NCBI GenBank assembly: GCA_965204575.1
Contig: OZ241993.1
Span: 1,152,001-1,216,000, forward strand
DNA length: 64,000 nucleotides
Direction: 5' to 3'
DNA from: an uncultured candidatus Porisulfidus sp.
GTDB taxonomy: Bacteria; Pseudomonadota; Gammaproteobacteria; Poriferisulfidales; Poriferisulfidaceae
The position numbers and the translations under genes were made by a program. The notes under the pieces are model-generated. The model made no database searches. It had not been told where the DNA came from and was given only the letters and a program-made list of their open reading frames with translations. Shown here in pieces: positions 52,998 to 63,132 of this stretch. Each line of letters starts with the position of its first letter. Position 1 is the stretch's first letter.

Positions 52998-54120
52998 CGT
53001 CGGGGGGATCCTTTGAATCCGCCGTGTGGCGGGGAATCTGCGTCAACTCCTGGACGTCGGCGTTCTTCTTGTGTGCATCGACGCCGAGATCGCGGAACTT
53101 GCTGGTGGTCGGCAGGACACGCGACTCCCAGGAACCGACCATCTGGTTGAAGCGGCCGACGCTGCCGCCCAGCGATTTCCCGAGCGCCGCCATGTGCTCT
53201 GAGAAGACGGCGACGCGCTCGCACAACTGGTAGCCCAGGTCGCGGATCCGCTCGGCGTTCTCCGCAACCTTCTGCTGGTTCCAGCCGTACGCCACCGCGC
53301 GCAGGATCGCCATCAGGCTGCTCGGCGTGGCCAGCAGGACCTTCTTCTGCAGGGCATAGTCCATCAGTTCGGAATCCTGCTCCAGCGCGGCGTTGAGGAA
53401 CTGGTCGCCGGGCACGAACATCACCACGAAGTCCAGCGAGTTCTCGCTCGCGAATCCGGCCCAGTACTCCTTGCGCGACAGGTCCGCGACCATGGTGCGC
53501 ACCGACCCCGCAAATTCCCGCATCAGCGCCTTCTGGCGTTCCGGGTCGGACTCGCGGTAGGCGTCGGAGTACTTCTGCAGGGGCGCCTTGGCGTCGATCG
53601 GGAGCACCCGGTTCTCCGGCAGGCGCACCACCACGTCCGGGCGCCGGCCGCTGTCCTGCTGCGCCTGTTCCACGAAGTCGACGTGCGCGGTCATGCCGGC
53701 CAGTTCGATGATCCGCCGCAGCGTGACCTCGCCGTAGGAGCCGCGCACCTGCGGGCGGGCCAATGCCTGCGACAGGGTCTGGGTCTCCCGGCGCAGCTGC
53801 TCCTGCGAGGTGACCGCGTCCTGCAACTGCTGCGTCAGCCGCCCGTAGTGGGTATGCCGCTCCTTCTCGATCTCGTCGATCTGCTTGCGCGCGCGCTCCA
53901 ACGTCTCCTGCAGCGGCTTGAGCGTGTTCTCCAGCGAGTCGCGCTGGCGCTCGGCGTTGCGTTCCAGGGCTTCGACCGAAAGCGCGGAGAAACTGTCCTT
54001 CAGTGTCTGGTTGAGCTCGCCGAGATGCTGCTGGTCGCGGCGTTGCGACACCCACAGGCCGACGATGATGCCGATCGACAGGCCGGACACGAACATCAGA
54101 GCCCAGATCCAGGTATTCAT
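52987..54120 (-). CDS. rmuC: DNA recombination protein RmuC
   Basis: RGSYGEVTL, RPD.VVRLP, IDAKAP, FVVMFVPGD and ATPSSLMA. Confidence 0.93.
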   Translation of the reverse strand: MNTWIWALMFVSGLSIGIIVGLWVSQRRDQQHLGELNQTLKDSFSALSVEALERNAERQRDSLENTLKPLQETLERARKQIDEIEKERHTHYGRLTQQLQDAVTSQEQLRRETQTLSQALARPQVRGSYGEVTLRRIIELAGMTAHVDFVEQAQQDSGRRPDVVVRLPENRVLPIDAKAPLQKYSDAYRESDPERQKALMREFAGSVRTMVADLSRKEYWAGFASENSLDFVVMFVPGDQFLNAALEQDSELMDYALQKKVLLATPSSLMAILRAVAYGWNQQKVAENAERIRDLGYQLCERVAVFSEHMAALGKSLGGSVGRFNQMVGSWESRVLPTTSKFRDLGVDAHKKNADVQELTQIPRHTADSKDPPDDAS

Positions 54121-54785
54121 GATGAGGAATTGAAGAACGACTTCAGTTCAGCAGGATGCTGGATGGTCGCGTCGCCCTCCCAGTTCGAGAGATCGGTCTC
54201 CGGGCGGATGTAGCCGAACGCGGCGATCACGCCGGTCATGCCCGCGGCGCGGGCCGCCTGCATGTCGCGAGGGTCGTCGCCCAGGAACAGGCAGTGCCGG
54301 GCGTCCACGTCGATGCGGCGGGCTGCCTCCAGCAGGGGTTCCGGGCGGGGCTTGCGGTGCGGCAGGGTGTCGCCGCCGATCAGGCAGGAGGGCGGGGCGG
54401 GGAAGTCCATCGCCTCGAGGATGGCTTCCGCCAGGTACCCGGCCTTGTTGGTCACCACGCCCCAGGGCGTGCCGTTGCGGGCGAGAAATTCGATCAGGTC
54501 CATCATGCCGTCGAACAGCACCGTCTCGCGGCAGGGGGCCTCGGCGTACAGCTCCAGCAGCCGTGCCACCAGGTGATCTTCCCGCTCGTCGCTGAGGGCT
54601 TCGCCGAAGGCGAACCGGACCATCGCCCGGGCGCCCTGCGAGACGCAGTTGCGGGCGGCGTCGTAGTCGACGGGTGGAAGGTTCTCCTCCTGGCAGAGCG
54701 CGTTCAGGACGGGGATGATGTCGCGCGCGGTGTCGGCCAGGGTTCCGTCCAGGTCCATGAGCACGCCTTGGATGGGGGAAGGCAC
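54117..54785 (-). CDS. gph: HAD phosphatase (Gph/MupP)
   Basis: DLDGTLADT, VVTNK, KP.PEPL and GDD.RD, next to ubiG. Confidence 0.85.
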   Translation of the reverse strand: MPSPIQGVLMDLDGTLADTARDIIPVLNALCQEENLPPVDYDAARNCVSQGARAMVRFAFGEALSDEREDHLVARLLELYAEAPCRETVLFDGMMDLIEFLARNGTPWGVVTNKAGYLAEAILEAMDFPAPPSCLIGGDTLPHRKPRPEPLLEAARRIDVDARHCLFLGDDPRDMQAARAAGMTGVIAAFGYIRPETDLSNWEGDATIQHPAELKSFFNSSS

Positions 54786-54828
54786 AGGTTTTGCCGGTGG
54801 GGTTCGATGCGTTCCTAGAGTCCGTACT

Positions 54829-55548
54829 TCAGGCTTTCGCCTCCGCCGCCTTGCGCAGGTGCATCAGGTAATTGACCCGAGGACTGCCGCCGAGCCGGGC
54901 GGTGCGGGTCAGTGGATTGTAAGCGATGCCGCGGATGTCTTCCACCACCAGCCGCAGATCCCGTGCGGCCTGCGCCAGTTCGGAAGGGCGGATGAAGCGG
55001 TCGTAACGGTGCGTGCCGACCGGCAGGATCCCGGCAAGGTGCTCGGCGCCGACGATAGCCAGCATGAAAGCGGAGACGGTGCGGTTGAGCGTGGACACGA
55101 ACAGGGAGCCGCCCGGTCGCAGCAGTTGTTCGCAGTCGCCGATCAGGGCCGGGAAGTCCGGGACGTGCTCCAGCAACTCCATGCAGGTCACGATGTCGAA
55201 CGCTTCGGGGCGCTGTCCGGCAAGGGCATTTGCGTCCTGCTCCAGGTATTCGATGTCGAGCGCCTGCTCTTGGGCGTGCGCCCGGGCCTGCTCCAGCGCG
55301 GTGCCGGACAGGTCGAGGCCGGTGGCGTTCGCGCCCGCGCGGGCCAGGGATTCCGTCAGCAGGCCGCCGCCGCAGCCGATGTCGAGCACGGCCCGTCCGG
55401 ACAGTTCACAATGCTCTTCGACGTATGCAAAGCGGGCGGGGTTGATTGCGTGCAGGGCCTGCATCGGGCCCTGCGGGTCCCACCAGTCGAGGTCCGGGCG
55501 GTCGAATTGTGCGAGTTCGGCCGGGTCCTGGTTGAGTTCGGCGGTCAC
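54829..55548 (-). CDS. ubiG: Ubiquinone biosynthesis O-methyltransferase
   Basis: WWD..G....LH.INP.R, LDIGCGGG, CMELLEHV and GTH.Y..FI.PSEL. Confidence 0.96.
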   Translation of the reverse strand: MTAELNQDPAELAQFDRPDLDWWDPQGPMQALHAINPARFAYVEEHCELSGRAVLDIGCGGGLLTESLARAGANATGLDLSGTALEQARAHAQEQALDIEYLEQDANALAGQRPEAFDIVTCMELLEHVPDFPALIGDCEQLLRPGGSLFVSTLNRTVSAFMLAIVGAEHLAGILPVGTHRYDRFIRPSELAQAARDLRLVVEDIRGIAYNPLTRTARLGGSPRVNYLMHLRKAAEAKA

Positions 55549-56729
55549 AGGTTCTCGATGAACTGGATCCAGCCCCTCGCTTCGGCCGCGGATTTCTTGC
55601 TCTTGCGGGCCTTCGCGAACGCCTCCAGGGCCTTCTCGAAGTCGCCTTCCTCGTAGGCGCAGACGCCGCGCAGGATCTGGAACGGGCCCGGGTCGGGCGG
55701 ACCCGTGCGCAGGCCGGCATCGGCACTCCTGATGCAGCCGCTCCAGCCCGCGTTCTGCGCGTACAGGCGTGCCAGGCGCAGCCAGTCGCGTGGCTTCTTG
55801 GTTAGTTCGGCGGCCTTCTGCAGGGGCGGATAGGCGCGGTCGTATTCACGCGCCGCCATCCAGGAGTTGCCGAGCAGCAGCCAGTTGCGCGAGGTCGGCT
55901 TGATCAGCTTGCGCTTCATCCCGTCCTCCATCACGTTCGCGGCCAGCCAGGGCGCGTTGCGCAGACGCATCAGCTGCGCCAGGCGCACCAGGTCGTCGCC
56001 GCGCTGCAGCAGCCCGTTCGAATAAGCCACGCGCATCACCGCCAGCGCCTGCGCCTCCCGGTTCCGCTCCATGTGCACCTGCGCCAGCTGCCGCCAGAAC
56101 TCGACCTTGCCGGGGAACGATTGGACCGCCTCTTCCAGCAGTTTCTGCAGGGCCGTCCAGTCGGACTGCTGCACGTAGATGGAGGCGATGAACTGGTACT
56201 GCGTGTAGGACAGCCTGTCCGACTCGTCGCGGCCCTTGTCCGCCCAGCGCCGGGCGTGTTTCAGCGCGTTCAGTTCGAGGTGGCAGGCGGCCAGCACGAA
56301 ATAAGCATTGGTCGGGACGCTCTTCGCCTCGCGGACCCAGGACTCCAGCACCCGGACTGCATCGCGATAGCGGCCGACCTGGCTGTACAGCTGGCCGAGG
56401 TTGTAGCGGATCTGGTCGATGCGCTGCTCCGGGACCGCGCTGGTCGCGAGCGCCGCCTCCATCGGCGCGATGGCCTCGCGGTAGCGCTCCAGGCCCAGCA
56501 GGAGGTCGGACTTGAGCAGCAGGACCTGCGCCCGTTCGTGGTCGCTGAGCTTGCGGTTCAGCAGGCTTTCGGTCCTGCGCAGCGCTTCGGTCTGCTTGTC
56601 CGCTTCGCGCAACTCGTAGATCTCGGTCAGCACGCGGAAGACCTTTTCGGAAAGCGTCGCGGCGGGCAGCGGCGGGCTGGCCAGCACGGCGGCGGCGAGC
56701 ACGGCGGCGAGGGCGAGGCGGCCGTTCAT
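55545..56729 (-). CDS. TPR protein of the TonB operon
   Basis: Signal peptide, TPR-like helices and operon position. Confidence 0.85.
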   Translation of the reverse strand: MNGRLALAAVLAAAVLASPPLPAATLSEKVFRVLTEIYELREADKQTEALRRTESLLNRKLSDHERAQVLLLKSDLLLGLERYREAIAPMEAALATSAVPEQRIDQIRYNLGQLYSQVGRYRDAVRVLESWVREAKSVPTNAYFVLAACHLELNALKHARRWADKGRDESDRLSYTQYQFIASIYVQQSDWTALQKLLEEAVQSFPGKVEFWRQLAQVHMERNREAQALAVMRVAYSNGLLQRGDDLVRLAQLMRLRNAPWLAANVMEDGMKRKLIKPTSRNWLLLGNSWMAAREYDRAYPPLQKAAELTKKPRDWLRLARLYAQNAGWSGCIRSADAGLRTGPPDPGPFQILRGVCAYEEGDFEKALEAFAKARKSKKSAAEARGWIQFIENL

Positions 56730-57352
56730 TTCTCAAGCTCGAACTTGAGCATCACGCGCACATCGGGGCGGGGCTGCACCTTGCCGTCGATCACCTGCGG
56801 CTTGTACTTCCATTTGCGCACCGCCTTCATCGCCGCGCGGCTGAACACGCCGGGCGGTTCCTCGGAGACGACCCGGACATTCTCGGTGGCGCCGGTGGTG
56901 GTGATCGTGAATGCGAGCTCGACCCAGCCCTCGATGCCGCGCCGGCTTGCCCGCGACGGGTAGACCGGGGTGACGCGCATGATCGGTAGGGGGTCGCGGG
57001 TCCCGGCCCAGCCTTTCGACAGGTCGCCGCCGGTCATCAGGTCGAGTTTGTACGGGTTGGCCGAACTGGTGGAGAACTTCATGCCGTCCGGGTTGAGGGA
57101 TTCGGACTCGCTCCGGGTCTCCGGCATCTTCGGTTTCTTCGGCTTCTGCGGCTTGTCCGGGAGCTTGCGCTGGGTCGGGGTGAGATCCCGCTTCTGCAGG
57201 CGGACGAAGTCGAAGCGCACCGAGTCCGAAGCGTCCCTGAGGCCGGCCAGGTCCGTCGCCACCAGCGAATACATCAGGGTGAACAGGGCGAAGACCGTGG
57301 CGACGGCCGCCGCCGTGATCAGGGGAATCCGCAGGAAGTCGCGGACGATCAT
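56726..57352 (-). CDS. tonB: Energy transducer TonB
   Basis: TM anchor, Pro/Lys linker, PVYP.RA..RGIEGWV and KWKYKP. Confidence 0.93.
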   Translation of the reverse strand: MIVRDFLRIPLITAAAVATVFALFTLMYSLVATDLAGLRDASDSVRFDFVRLQKRDLTPTQRKLPDKPQKPKKPKMPETRSESESLNPDGMKFSTSSANPYKLDLMTGGDLSKGWAGTRDPLPIMRVTPVYPSRASRRGIEGWVELAFTITTTGATENVRVVSEEPPGVFSRAAMKAVRKWKYKPQVIDGKVQPRPDVRVMLKFELEK

Positions 57353-57759
57353 TGCTGATCCGGGCTCGCCGCAAGGGCGATTTTCTCCACCCCGGCCTGC
57401 CGGATCTGATCCATGACTTGCACCAGCATGTCGTTGCGGGAATCGCGGTCAGCCTGGATGACGACGCCGCCTTGGGGGTTTTCGGCCTGCAGCCGCATGA
57501 CGTGCGCGTGCACGGACCGCACGTCTACCGGCTGATGGTTGATCCAGACCTCGTCCTCGGCGGTGATGCCGATCAGGATCGTCCCCTGGCTCTGCATGAC
57601 CGCCGTATCCGCCTTCGGGCGATCGATCTCCACGCCGGACTCCTTCACGAAGGAGGCGGTGACGATGAAGAAGATCAGCATGATGAAGACGATGTCGATC
57701 AGCGGGGTGATGTCCACGCCCTGATCTTCTTCGGCTTCGCGGCGGCGGATGATTCTCAT
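57349..57759 (-). CDS. exbD: ExbD
   Basis: DITPLIDIVFIMLIFF and VIQAD. Confidence 0.95.
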   Translation of the reverse strand: MRIIRRREAEEDQGVDITPLIDIVFIMLIFFIVTASFVKESGVEIDRPKADTAVMQSQGTILIGITAEDEVWINHQPVDVRSVHAHVMRLQAENPQGGVVIQADRDSRNDMLVQVMDQIRQAGVEKIALAASPDQQ

Positions 57760-57786
57760 GGTGATTCCGAGGAGTGCGGCACCGGG

Positions 57787-58350
57787 TTACTTGCGCATGT
57801 GGGCCGGCAGCAGCAGGTGTTCGCGCAGGGCCGCGAGCTCGCGCCGCGCGCGGTGCTCGAACAGCGTGATGAAGTAATAGCCGGACAGGGCGATGACCAG
57901 GCCGGCGAAGGTCGGGTAGGTGGCGCGGGAGATGCCGTCGCTCAGCAGGCGCGCGCTATTGTTGCCGGTGATGGACATGGTCGAGAACACTTCGACCATG
58001 CCGGTGATGGTGCCGAGCAGGCCGAGCAGCGGGCAGATCTGCACCAGCCCCTTGATGGCCAGCATGCTGTGGTTGGCCCGGATGCGCGATTCGGACACCC
58101 ACCGCTGGCGGACCCAGAGGGCCCGGTGCGCGCTCCAGCGCGCCTCCCAGGCCAGCACCAGTTCCAGCTTGTCCGACAGGTTCCGCGCGTCTCGGCGGTG
58201 GCGGCTCGGGCCGAAGAAGAACCACAGCCGCTCGATGATGAACCACCATAGCAGGAAGGCGACGCCGAACAGGATCAGCAGCACGTCGCCGCCGGTGTAA
58301 AGCAAGGCTTCGACGTTCGAGTAGTGCTCGTAAAGCCAGGCCGGGATCAT
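57787..58350 (-). CDS. exbB: MotA/TolQ/ExbB proton channel
   Basis: PLLGLLGTITGM and GISRAT.PT.AG. Confidence 0.92.
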   Translation of the reverse strand: MIPAWLYEHYSNVEALLYTGGDVLLILFGVAFLLWWFIIERLWFFFGPSRHRRDARNLSDKLELVLAWEARWSAHRALWVRQRWVSESRIRANHSMLAIKGLVQICPLLGLLGTITGMVEVFSTMSITGNNSARLLSDGISRATYPTFAGLVIALSGYYFITLFEHRARRELAALREHLLLPAHMRK

Positions 58351-59672
58351 AGGTTCTTCGCGCGGGACAGCAGCCCGAGGCTCTGTTCCTCGATGATCTG
58401 GCGGATCCGCGTGCTGTAGGAGCGGGCCACGGTGAGCAGCAGCAGGATCGGGACCGCGGCACTGAGGCCGAGGGCGGTGGTGACCAGGGCCTGGCTGATG
58501 CCGCCGGCCATCATGCGCGGGTCGCCGGTGCCGAACAGGGTGATGGCCTGGAAGGTCTGGATCATGCCGGTCACGGTGCCGAGCAGGCCAAGCAGCGGCG
58601 CGACGGCGGCCAGCACCCGCAGCATGTTCAGGCCCCAGTTGAGCTTCGGCAACTCCTCGCTGATCGCTTCGTGCACCCGGTCCTCGCGCGCCTCCGGATC
58701 CATGTCCGCATGCTTCTGGTAGACCTGGGCGATGCGGCCGAGCGCGTTGTTCTTCTTCGGATTATCGACATCGTGCTGCTGGCTCCGAACCTGTCGCATG
58801 TGGATCGCCAGCGCGACGCTGCGGCCGATCGCGAACAGTACGCCGAACACCCCGATCACGATGATCAGGTAGCCGATCATGCCGCCCTGTTGGATCCGTT
58901 CCGTCAGGTCCGGCGCGTCCACCAGCAGCGAAAGGATGGCACCGCGCGACGGGTCGACGACGGCCCGCGTATGGCCTTCGGCCGCTTCCCCCATGTCGGT
59001 CGCGACGCCGATCAGCGAAGCCGGTGGCTGGCGGGGGAGGATGACCATGTCCCGGGCATCCTCGGTAAAGCTCAGGAACTGGCCGTCCGTCGTGGCGGTA
59101 AAGATGCCGACCCGGGTCACCGATGCGTCGATGAGCGTGCCGTCGGGCTGGGTGACCTGGGTGTCGAACCGGACGATCCGCCCCTGCTGGCTCGCCTCTT
59201 CCAAGGCGGCGTACAGCAGGTGGTTCATGTCCGCGATCGTGGCCGTGTGGTCGTCGTCCGCGATCGCATCAAGCGGCGCGATGCGGTCGGGAATCTGCGT
59301 GCTGACCAGGGACTGCAGGAAATGCCCCTTGAGTTCGCCCGCCCACAGCTTGGCGGTGGCCAGCACCTCCTTGTAGTGCACGGTGAGGGCGTCCAGCTTG
59401 TCGCGCTTGCTGATCAGGTCCTTCTCGCCCTGGGCGAAGCGCTTCTCCATGCCTCGGCTGCGCTTCTCTTCCTGGCGGATCAGGCCCTTGACCTCCTTGA
59501 GCATCGCCTCGCGCTCCTTGGCCGCGGCGCGGAACTTCGCGAGTCGTTCCTGGATCTCGTTGGTCTCCTGCACCTGGTCGGCGCGCATGCGCTTGAGCAG
59601 GTCGTCGAGCGGCGCCGCCTGTGCCGTGTGGGCGACGAGGGCGGCCAGCGCCAGTACCGCAACCCGGATCAT
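58347..59672 (-). CDS. TtpC-like extended ExbB protein
   Basis: Signal peptide, a coiled coil and a C-terminal APLLGLLGTVTGMIQTF..GTGDP. The ATG at 59672 overlaps the upstream stop. Confidence 0.9.
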   Translation of the reverse strand: MIRVAVLALAALVAHTAQAAPLDDLLKRMRADQVQETNEIQERLAKFRAAAKEREAMLKEVKGLIRQEEKRSRGMEKRFAQGEKDLISKRDKLDALTVHYKEVLATAKLWAGELKGHFLQSLVSTQIPDRIAPLDAIADDDHTATIADMNHLLYAALEEASQQGRIVRFDTQVTQPDGTLIDASVTRVGIFTATTDGQFLSFTEDARDMVILPRQPPASLIGVATDMGEAAEGHTRAVVDPSRGAILSLLVDAPDLTERIQQGGMIGYLIIVIGVFGVLFAIGRSVALAIHMRQVRSQQHDVDNPKKNNALGRIAQVYQKHADMDPEAREDRVHEAISEELPKLNWGLNMLRVLAAVAPLLGLLGTVTGMIQTFQAITLFGTGDPRMMAGGISQALVTTALGLSAAVPILLLLTVARSYSTRIRQIIEEQSLGLLSRAKNL

Positions 59673-60457
59673 GGCGCGTCCTCCGGAGCCGGCACCGACA
59701 GCACCAGGAGATCCGGCGCAACCTGTTTCTTCGCCATGCGGACCGCTTTCTCGATGCCGTGCCGCAGCCCTTCGGTCAGTTGCCATTCCCGGGACTCGTT
59801 GTTCCACTCGTAGATGATGTTGCGGTCGGCGGACATCGCGTACAGCGCGACCCGGCCGACCCGCAGGATCGTGACCATCAGGCTCTTGCCTTCAACCTCC
59901 AGGGTGCCGGAATAGGTCTCGAGGGTGCGCCCGTAGTCGAGTTCGATCTGGTAGGCCTCGTACAGGCTCCGGTACTTGGTGGCGAGCGACAGTTCCGGGT
60001 TGTCCAGGATCCCGCGCAGGCGCTCGCGGCGATCCTGCCGTTCGGTCGCCAAAAACGGCATGTCCTGCTCGATCAGGGTGCCGAGCGCGTCGTACATGCG
60101 CTCCATCAGGGGGATCAGTTCGCGATCCATCGAGCCGGTCTTCTGGATCTGCGCGTCCAGGTTGTCGAGCAGCGCCTGCTGTTTGTCCAGCAGCGCCTGC
60201 AGTTGGCGGGTGTAGGTGCGCAGGCTTTCCAGCTCGATCAGCTTCGCCCGGTAGTCGGCGTAGGCGTCTTGCGCCGCCTCGTCGAGCTGGTCGATCTTTT
60301 CCTGGGCGCTCGCCTGCTGGACGGTCGAATTCGCGGCGAGGCGGGTGAGTGTCGACAGGTCTGCCGCCATCGCCAGCCCTCCGGCGGAGACGGCCAGAAC
60401 GCCACAGGCGAGAATCAAGCGAAACCGAGAGCGACGGCAATGATCGGGGTGAGCCAT
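59669..60457 (-). CDS. DUF3450 (TtpB-like) protein
   Basis: DMPF...ER, EAYQIE.DYG and LRVGRVALY, with a GGAGG RBS. Confidence 0.88.
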   Translation of the reverse strand: MAHPDHCRRSRFRLILACGVLAVSAGGLAMAADLSTLTRLAANSTVQQASAQEKIDQLDEAAQDAYADYRAKLIELESLRTYTRQLQALLDKQQALLDNLDAQIQKTGSMDRELIPLMERMYDALGTLIEQDMPFLATERQDRRERLRGILDNPELSLATKYRSLYEAYQIELDYGRTLETYSGTLEVEGKSLMVTILRVGRVALYAMSADRNIIYEWNNESREWQLTEGLRHGIEKAVRMAKKQVAPDLLVLSVPAPEDAP

Positions 60458-60526
60458 GTTCCTCCCTGCCTTGTCATGAAATTTGATTTCGTACTCTATC
60501 ACGAATTTCCCCCTCCCGAAAACGGC

Positions 60527-61153
60527 CTACAGCGCGGAGCGTTCGAGGCTCAACAACGCCAATTGCGCGACCGTCCCGCCGCCGACCAGGTCCATCTTGC
60601 GGATCTGCTGCAGGCGAGGCAGGGCGGCCTTGATCCGCTTCCTTCGGAACAGGGCGTGCAGGAGGTCGCAGGCGTCGGCGAGGCAGATCAGCGCGACTTC
60701 CTGGGGGCTGGGGATCACGTCCTCGGAGAACAGGACCCTTTCGATGCGCTCCCGGGCGTCGGTCGGGCCGGCGTCGCCGACCAGCCGGTAGCGCGGGGAC
60801 CGGGACGCCCCCTGGCGTTCCAGGATGCCTTGCCCGATCAGGCTTTCGACGGCGCCGTCCCGGATCGCGTCCCCCATCGTCGGCGACAGCATCTGGAGCC
60901 AGTCCCAGAGATCCCGGGACTTCTCGCTGTTCGCGATCTCCTCGAGCAAGGGGTCGAGGAAGGCCTTGCCCGTGGGCGTCGGGTCGACCACCCCCAGGTG
61001 TTCGAGGTCGGTGTCGATGCGGTCGGTCAATTCCAGGTCGAGCAGGGCGGAGCCGACCAGGGTGTGGCGCAGGATCTCCGCGCTGTGCTTCCGGAACCGC
61101 CCGCCGTAATTCTGCAACACGAGCAGCAGCAGGTCTTCGGTGACAGTCAACAT
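60527..61153 (-). CDS. GPP34/GOLPH3-family protein
   Basis: LTVTEDLLLL, GSALLDLEL..RID and TG..FLD..L. Confidence 0.78.
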   Translation of the reverse strand: MLTVTEDLLLLVLQNYGGRFRKHSAEILRHTLVGSALLDLELTDRIDTDLEHLGVVDPTPTGKAFLDPLLEEIANSEKSRDLWDWLQMLSPTMGDAIRDGAVESLIGQGILERQGASRSPRYRLVGDAGPTDARERIERVLFSEDVIPSPQEVALICLADACDLLHALFRRKRIKAALPRLQQIRKMDLVGGGTVAQLALLSLERSAL

Positions 61154-61215
61154 GAGCGGCAGTCCGGGTTCGCACCGCCCATTCTAATGCAGGGCCGTTT
61201 CGACCCGGTCACGGT

Positions 61216-63027
61216 TCAGTCCTGGGTGCGGTAGCGCGGTGCGGTGGCGCCGCGTTCCGGCTCCGGCGCGGGCAGGGGACGGCCGCCGGTGAAGCGGGCC
61301 CAGTCGAGGGTGCGGAACACCCGGCGCTCCTGGCGCAGCGACAACCCGCCGGTCCAGCCGTCGAGCGCGGCCTCCGGATAGGCCTTGAGGTAGTCCAGGT
61401 TCATCGCCAGCAGGTAGGCGTCGGCGCCGAGCGCGGCGAAGCGGGGCAGCCGCCGCGCGGCCAGGGTCTGGTCCAGCTTTGCCCGCAACTGGTCGTCCAG
61501 CACCAGCGGGATGTCGCAGAACAGGGTGCCCTCGAGGTCCTGGTCCTGCAGCGGGCTCGGGGTGCCGGTGTAGATGTGCGAGGTGGCGTACAGCGGCAGG
61601 TCGCCGGCGTAGTAGAAGTCGAGCTGCGGCTTGAACAGGCGGGCGTTGCGCGGCGAGGAGGCCAGGAACACCATGTCGATGTCCTGCCGGCGGGTCGGAC
61701 GGGAGATCACCTCCCGGCCCAGCACTTCCTCCAGCTTCTGCCGGCGCATCTCGCCTTCGGAAAGTTTCAGGATGTCCTTGATCTTGGCCGCGTGGTCGGA
61801 GGCGTTGGCAAAGTAGAAGCCGTGCCCGCGGACGGTTCCGCCGCCGGCCTCGAAGCGTTCGGTGAATGCCCGGTCCAGACGTTGCCCCCAGGTGCCGGCG
61901 GGCGCGAACACGACCGCGGCGCGGCGGCCTTCGGCCAGCGCGCGCTCGGCGGCCTGGGCGGCCTCGTCCTCCGGCAGCAGGCCGAACTGGTAAAGCATGC
62001 CGGGTGCCTTGGAGTGGGCGTCCAGGTAGTTGAGGCTGATGGTGTCGACCGGCAGTTTCCCGGTTCGCACCAGCCGCGTGACCGCGTCCTTGTCGAACGG
62101 GCCGATGATTCGCTGGGCGCCGTCCTCGACGGCCTGCCGGTACAGGTCGGTCGGGGTCTGCGACGGGTCTCCGGTGTCGTAGATGCGCAACTCGGGCGCG
62201 TTGCCGCCGTGCTGTTGTATGCCGGTCTCGATGCCGATGCGGATGGCGCGGCCGATCGGCGCGAAATCCCCGCTGACCGGAATCAGCGCGGCCAGTTTTT
62301 GAAGGTCCGGCTCCAGCCGCTCGAACGCCGCGGAGAGGGCGGGCAGCCAGCGGAACGCCGGGTGCCCTTCATGGCGCTGTTTCCATTCCTCGAGTTTCGT
62401 CTTCGGCGAGATGCCGCGGGGTGCATCGGGGCGCGCGAGCAATGCCAGTTCCAGCCAGCCCTGCCAGGTCGCGTCGCCGGTGCGGTCCCGCCAGGCCTCC
62501 AGGTTGGTGCGGGACGTCGCGAGCAGCTTGCCCCAGGCTTGGCGGTGCTGCGCGTCGCGCTCGCCGGCGTTGCCGGGTCGCGCCGCGAGGCTCAGCCGGA
62601 CCCGCAGGGTGTTTTCGGGATCGCCCAACTGGTCGTAGACCTGGGCGCGCAACTCGAGCACGGGGCCGCTGTCGGGCAGGGTCGACAGTGCGGTCAGCGC
62701 GGCGAGTTCTTCGCCGCCGTGCAGCAGGGCCTGCGCCTGGATCAGCCGCAACTGGCCCCGTTGGGCGGGGTCGAGGGCGGAGGCGTCGAATTCGGGCAGC
62801 CACGCCGAGACCGCGATCCATCGGTCGAGGCCGGCCCACTGGTGAAGCAGTTCGAACTGCTTCAGCGCGCGTTCTGCCTCGGGCCACTCGCGCGTGCGTT
62901 CCCAGGCCTGGTCCGGCGGCAGGGCCAGGACTTCGTCCCAGGAGGGCGCTTCGTCGGGCGGCAGGGCGACCGGGCAGCCGGCGAGCCAGACGGCGGCCAG
63001 GAGGATCGGGAGAAGGCGCGAAGACAT
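61216..63027 (-). CDS. lpoA: Penicillin-binding protein activator LpoA
   Basis: Lipobox LAGC, IIGPFDK, QFGLLPEDEA, RRQDID and ALGADAY. Divergent from rsmI. Confidence 0.92.
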   Translation of the reverse strand: MSSRLLPILLAAVWLAGCPVALPPDEAPSWDEVLALPPDQAWERTREWPEAERALKQFELLHQWAGLDRWIAVSAWLPEFDASALDPAQRGQLRLIQAQALLHGGEELAALTALSTLPDSGPVLELRAQVYDQLGDPENTLRVRLSLAARPGNAGERDAQHRQAWGKLLATSRTNLEAWRDRTGDATWQGWLELALLARPDAPRGISPKTKLEEWKQRHEGHPAFRWLPALSAAFERLEPDLQKLAALIPVSGDFAPIGRAIRIGIETGIQQHGGNAPELRIYDTGDPSQTPTDLYRQAVEDGAQRIIGPFDKDAVTRLVRTGKLPVDTISLNYLDAHSKAPGMLYQFGLLPEDEAAQAAERALAEGRRAAVVFAPAGTWGQRLDRAFTERFEAGGGTVRGHGFYFANASDHAAKIKDILKLSEGEMRRQKLEEVLGREVISRPTRRQDIDMVFLASSPRNARLFKPQLDFYYAGDLPLYATSHIYTGTPSPLQDQDLEGTLFCDIPLVLDDQLRAKLDQTLAARRLPRFAALGADAYLLAMNLDYLKAYPEAALDGWTGGLSLRQERRVFRTLDWARFTGGRPLPAPEPERGATAPRYRTQD

Positions 63028-63132
63028 GGCTTTACGGGAAAGCCCCTATTGTAAGGGCTGGGTTCCCCGCCCGGCGGGGGAGCCGGTATGATGAGGTGCG
63101 GCGCCGTGCCCGGCGCCGGAGGACAAGCCCGT

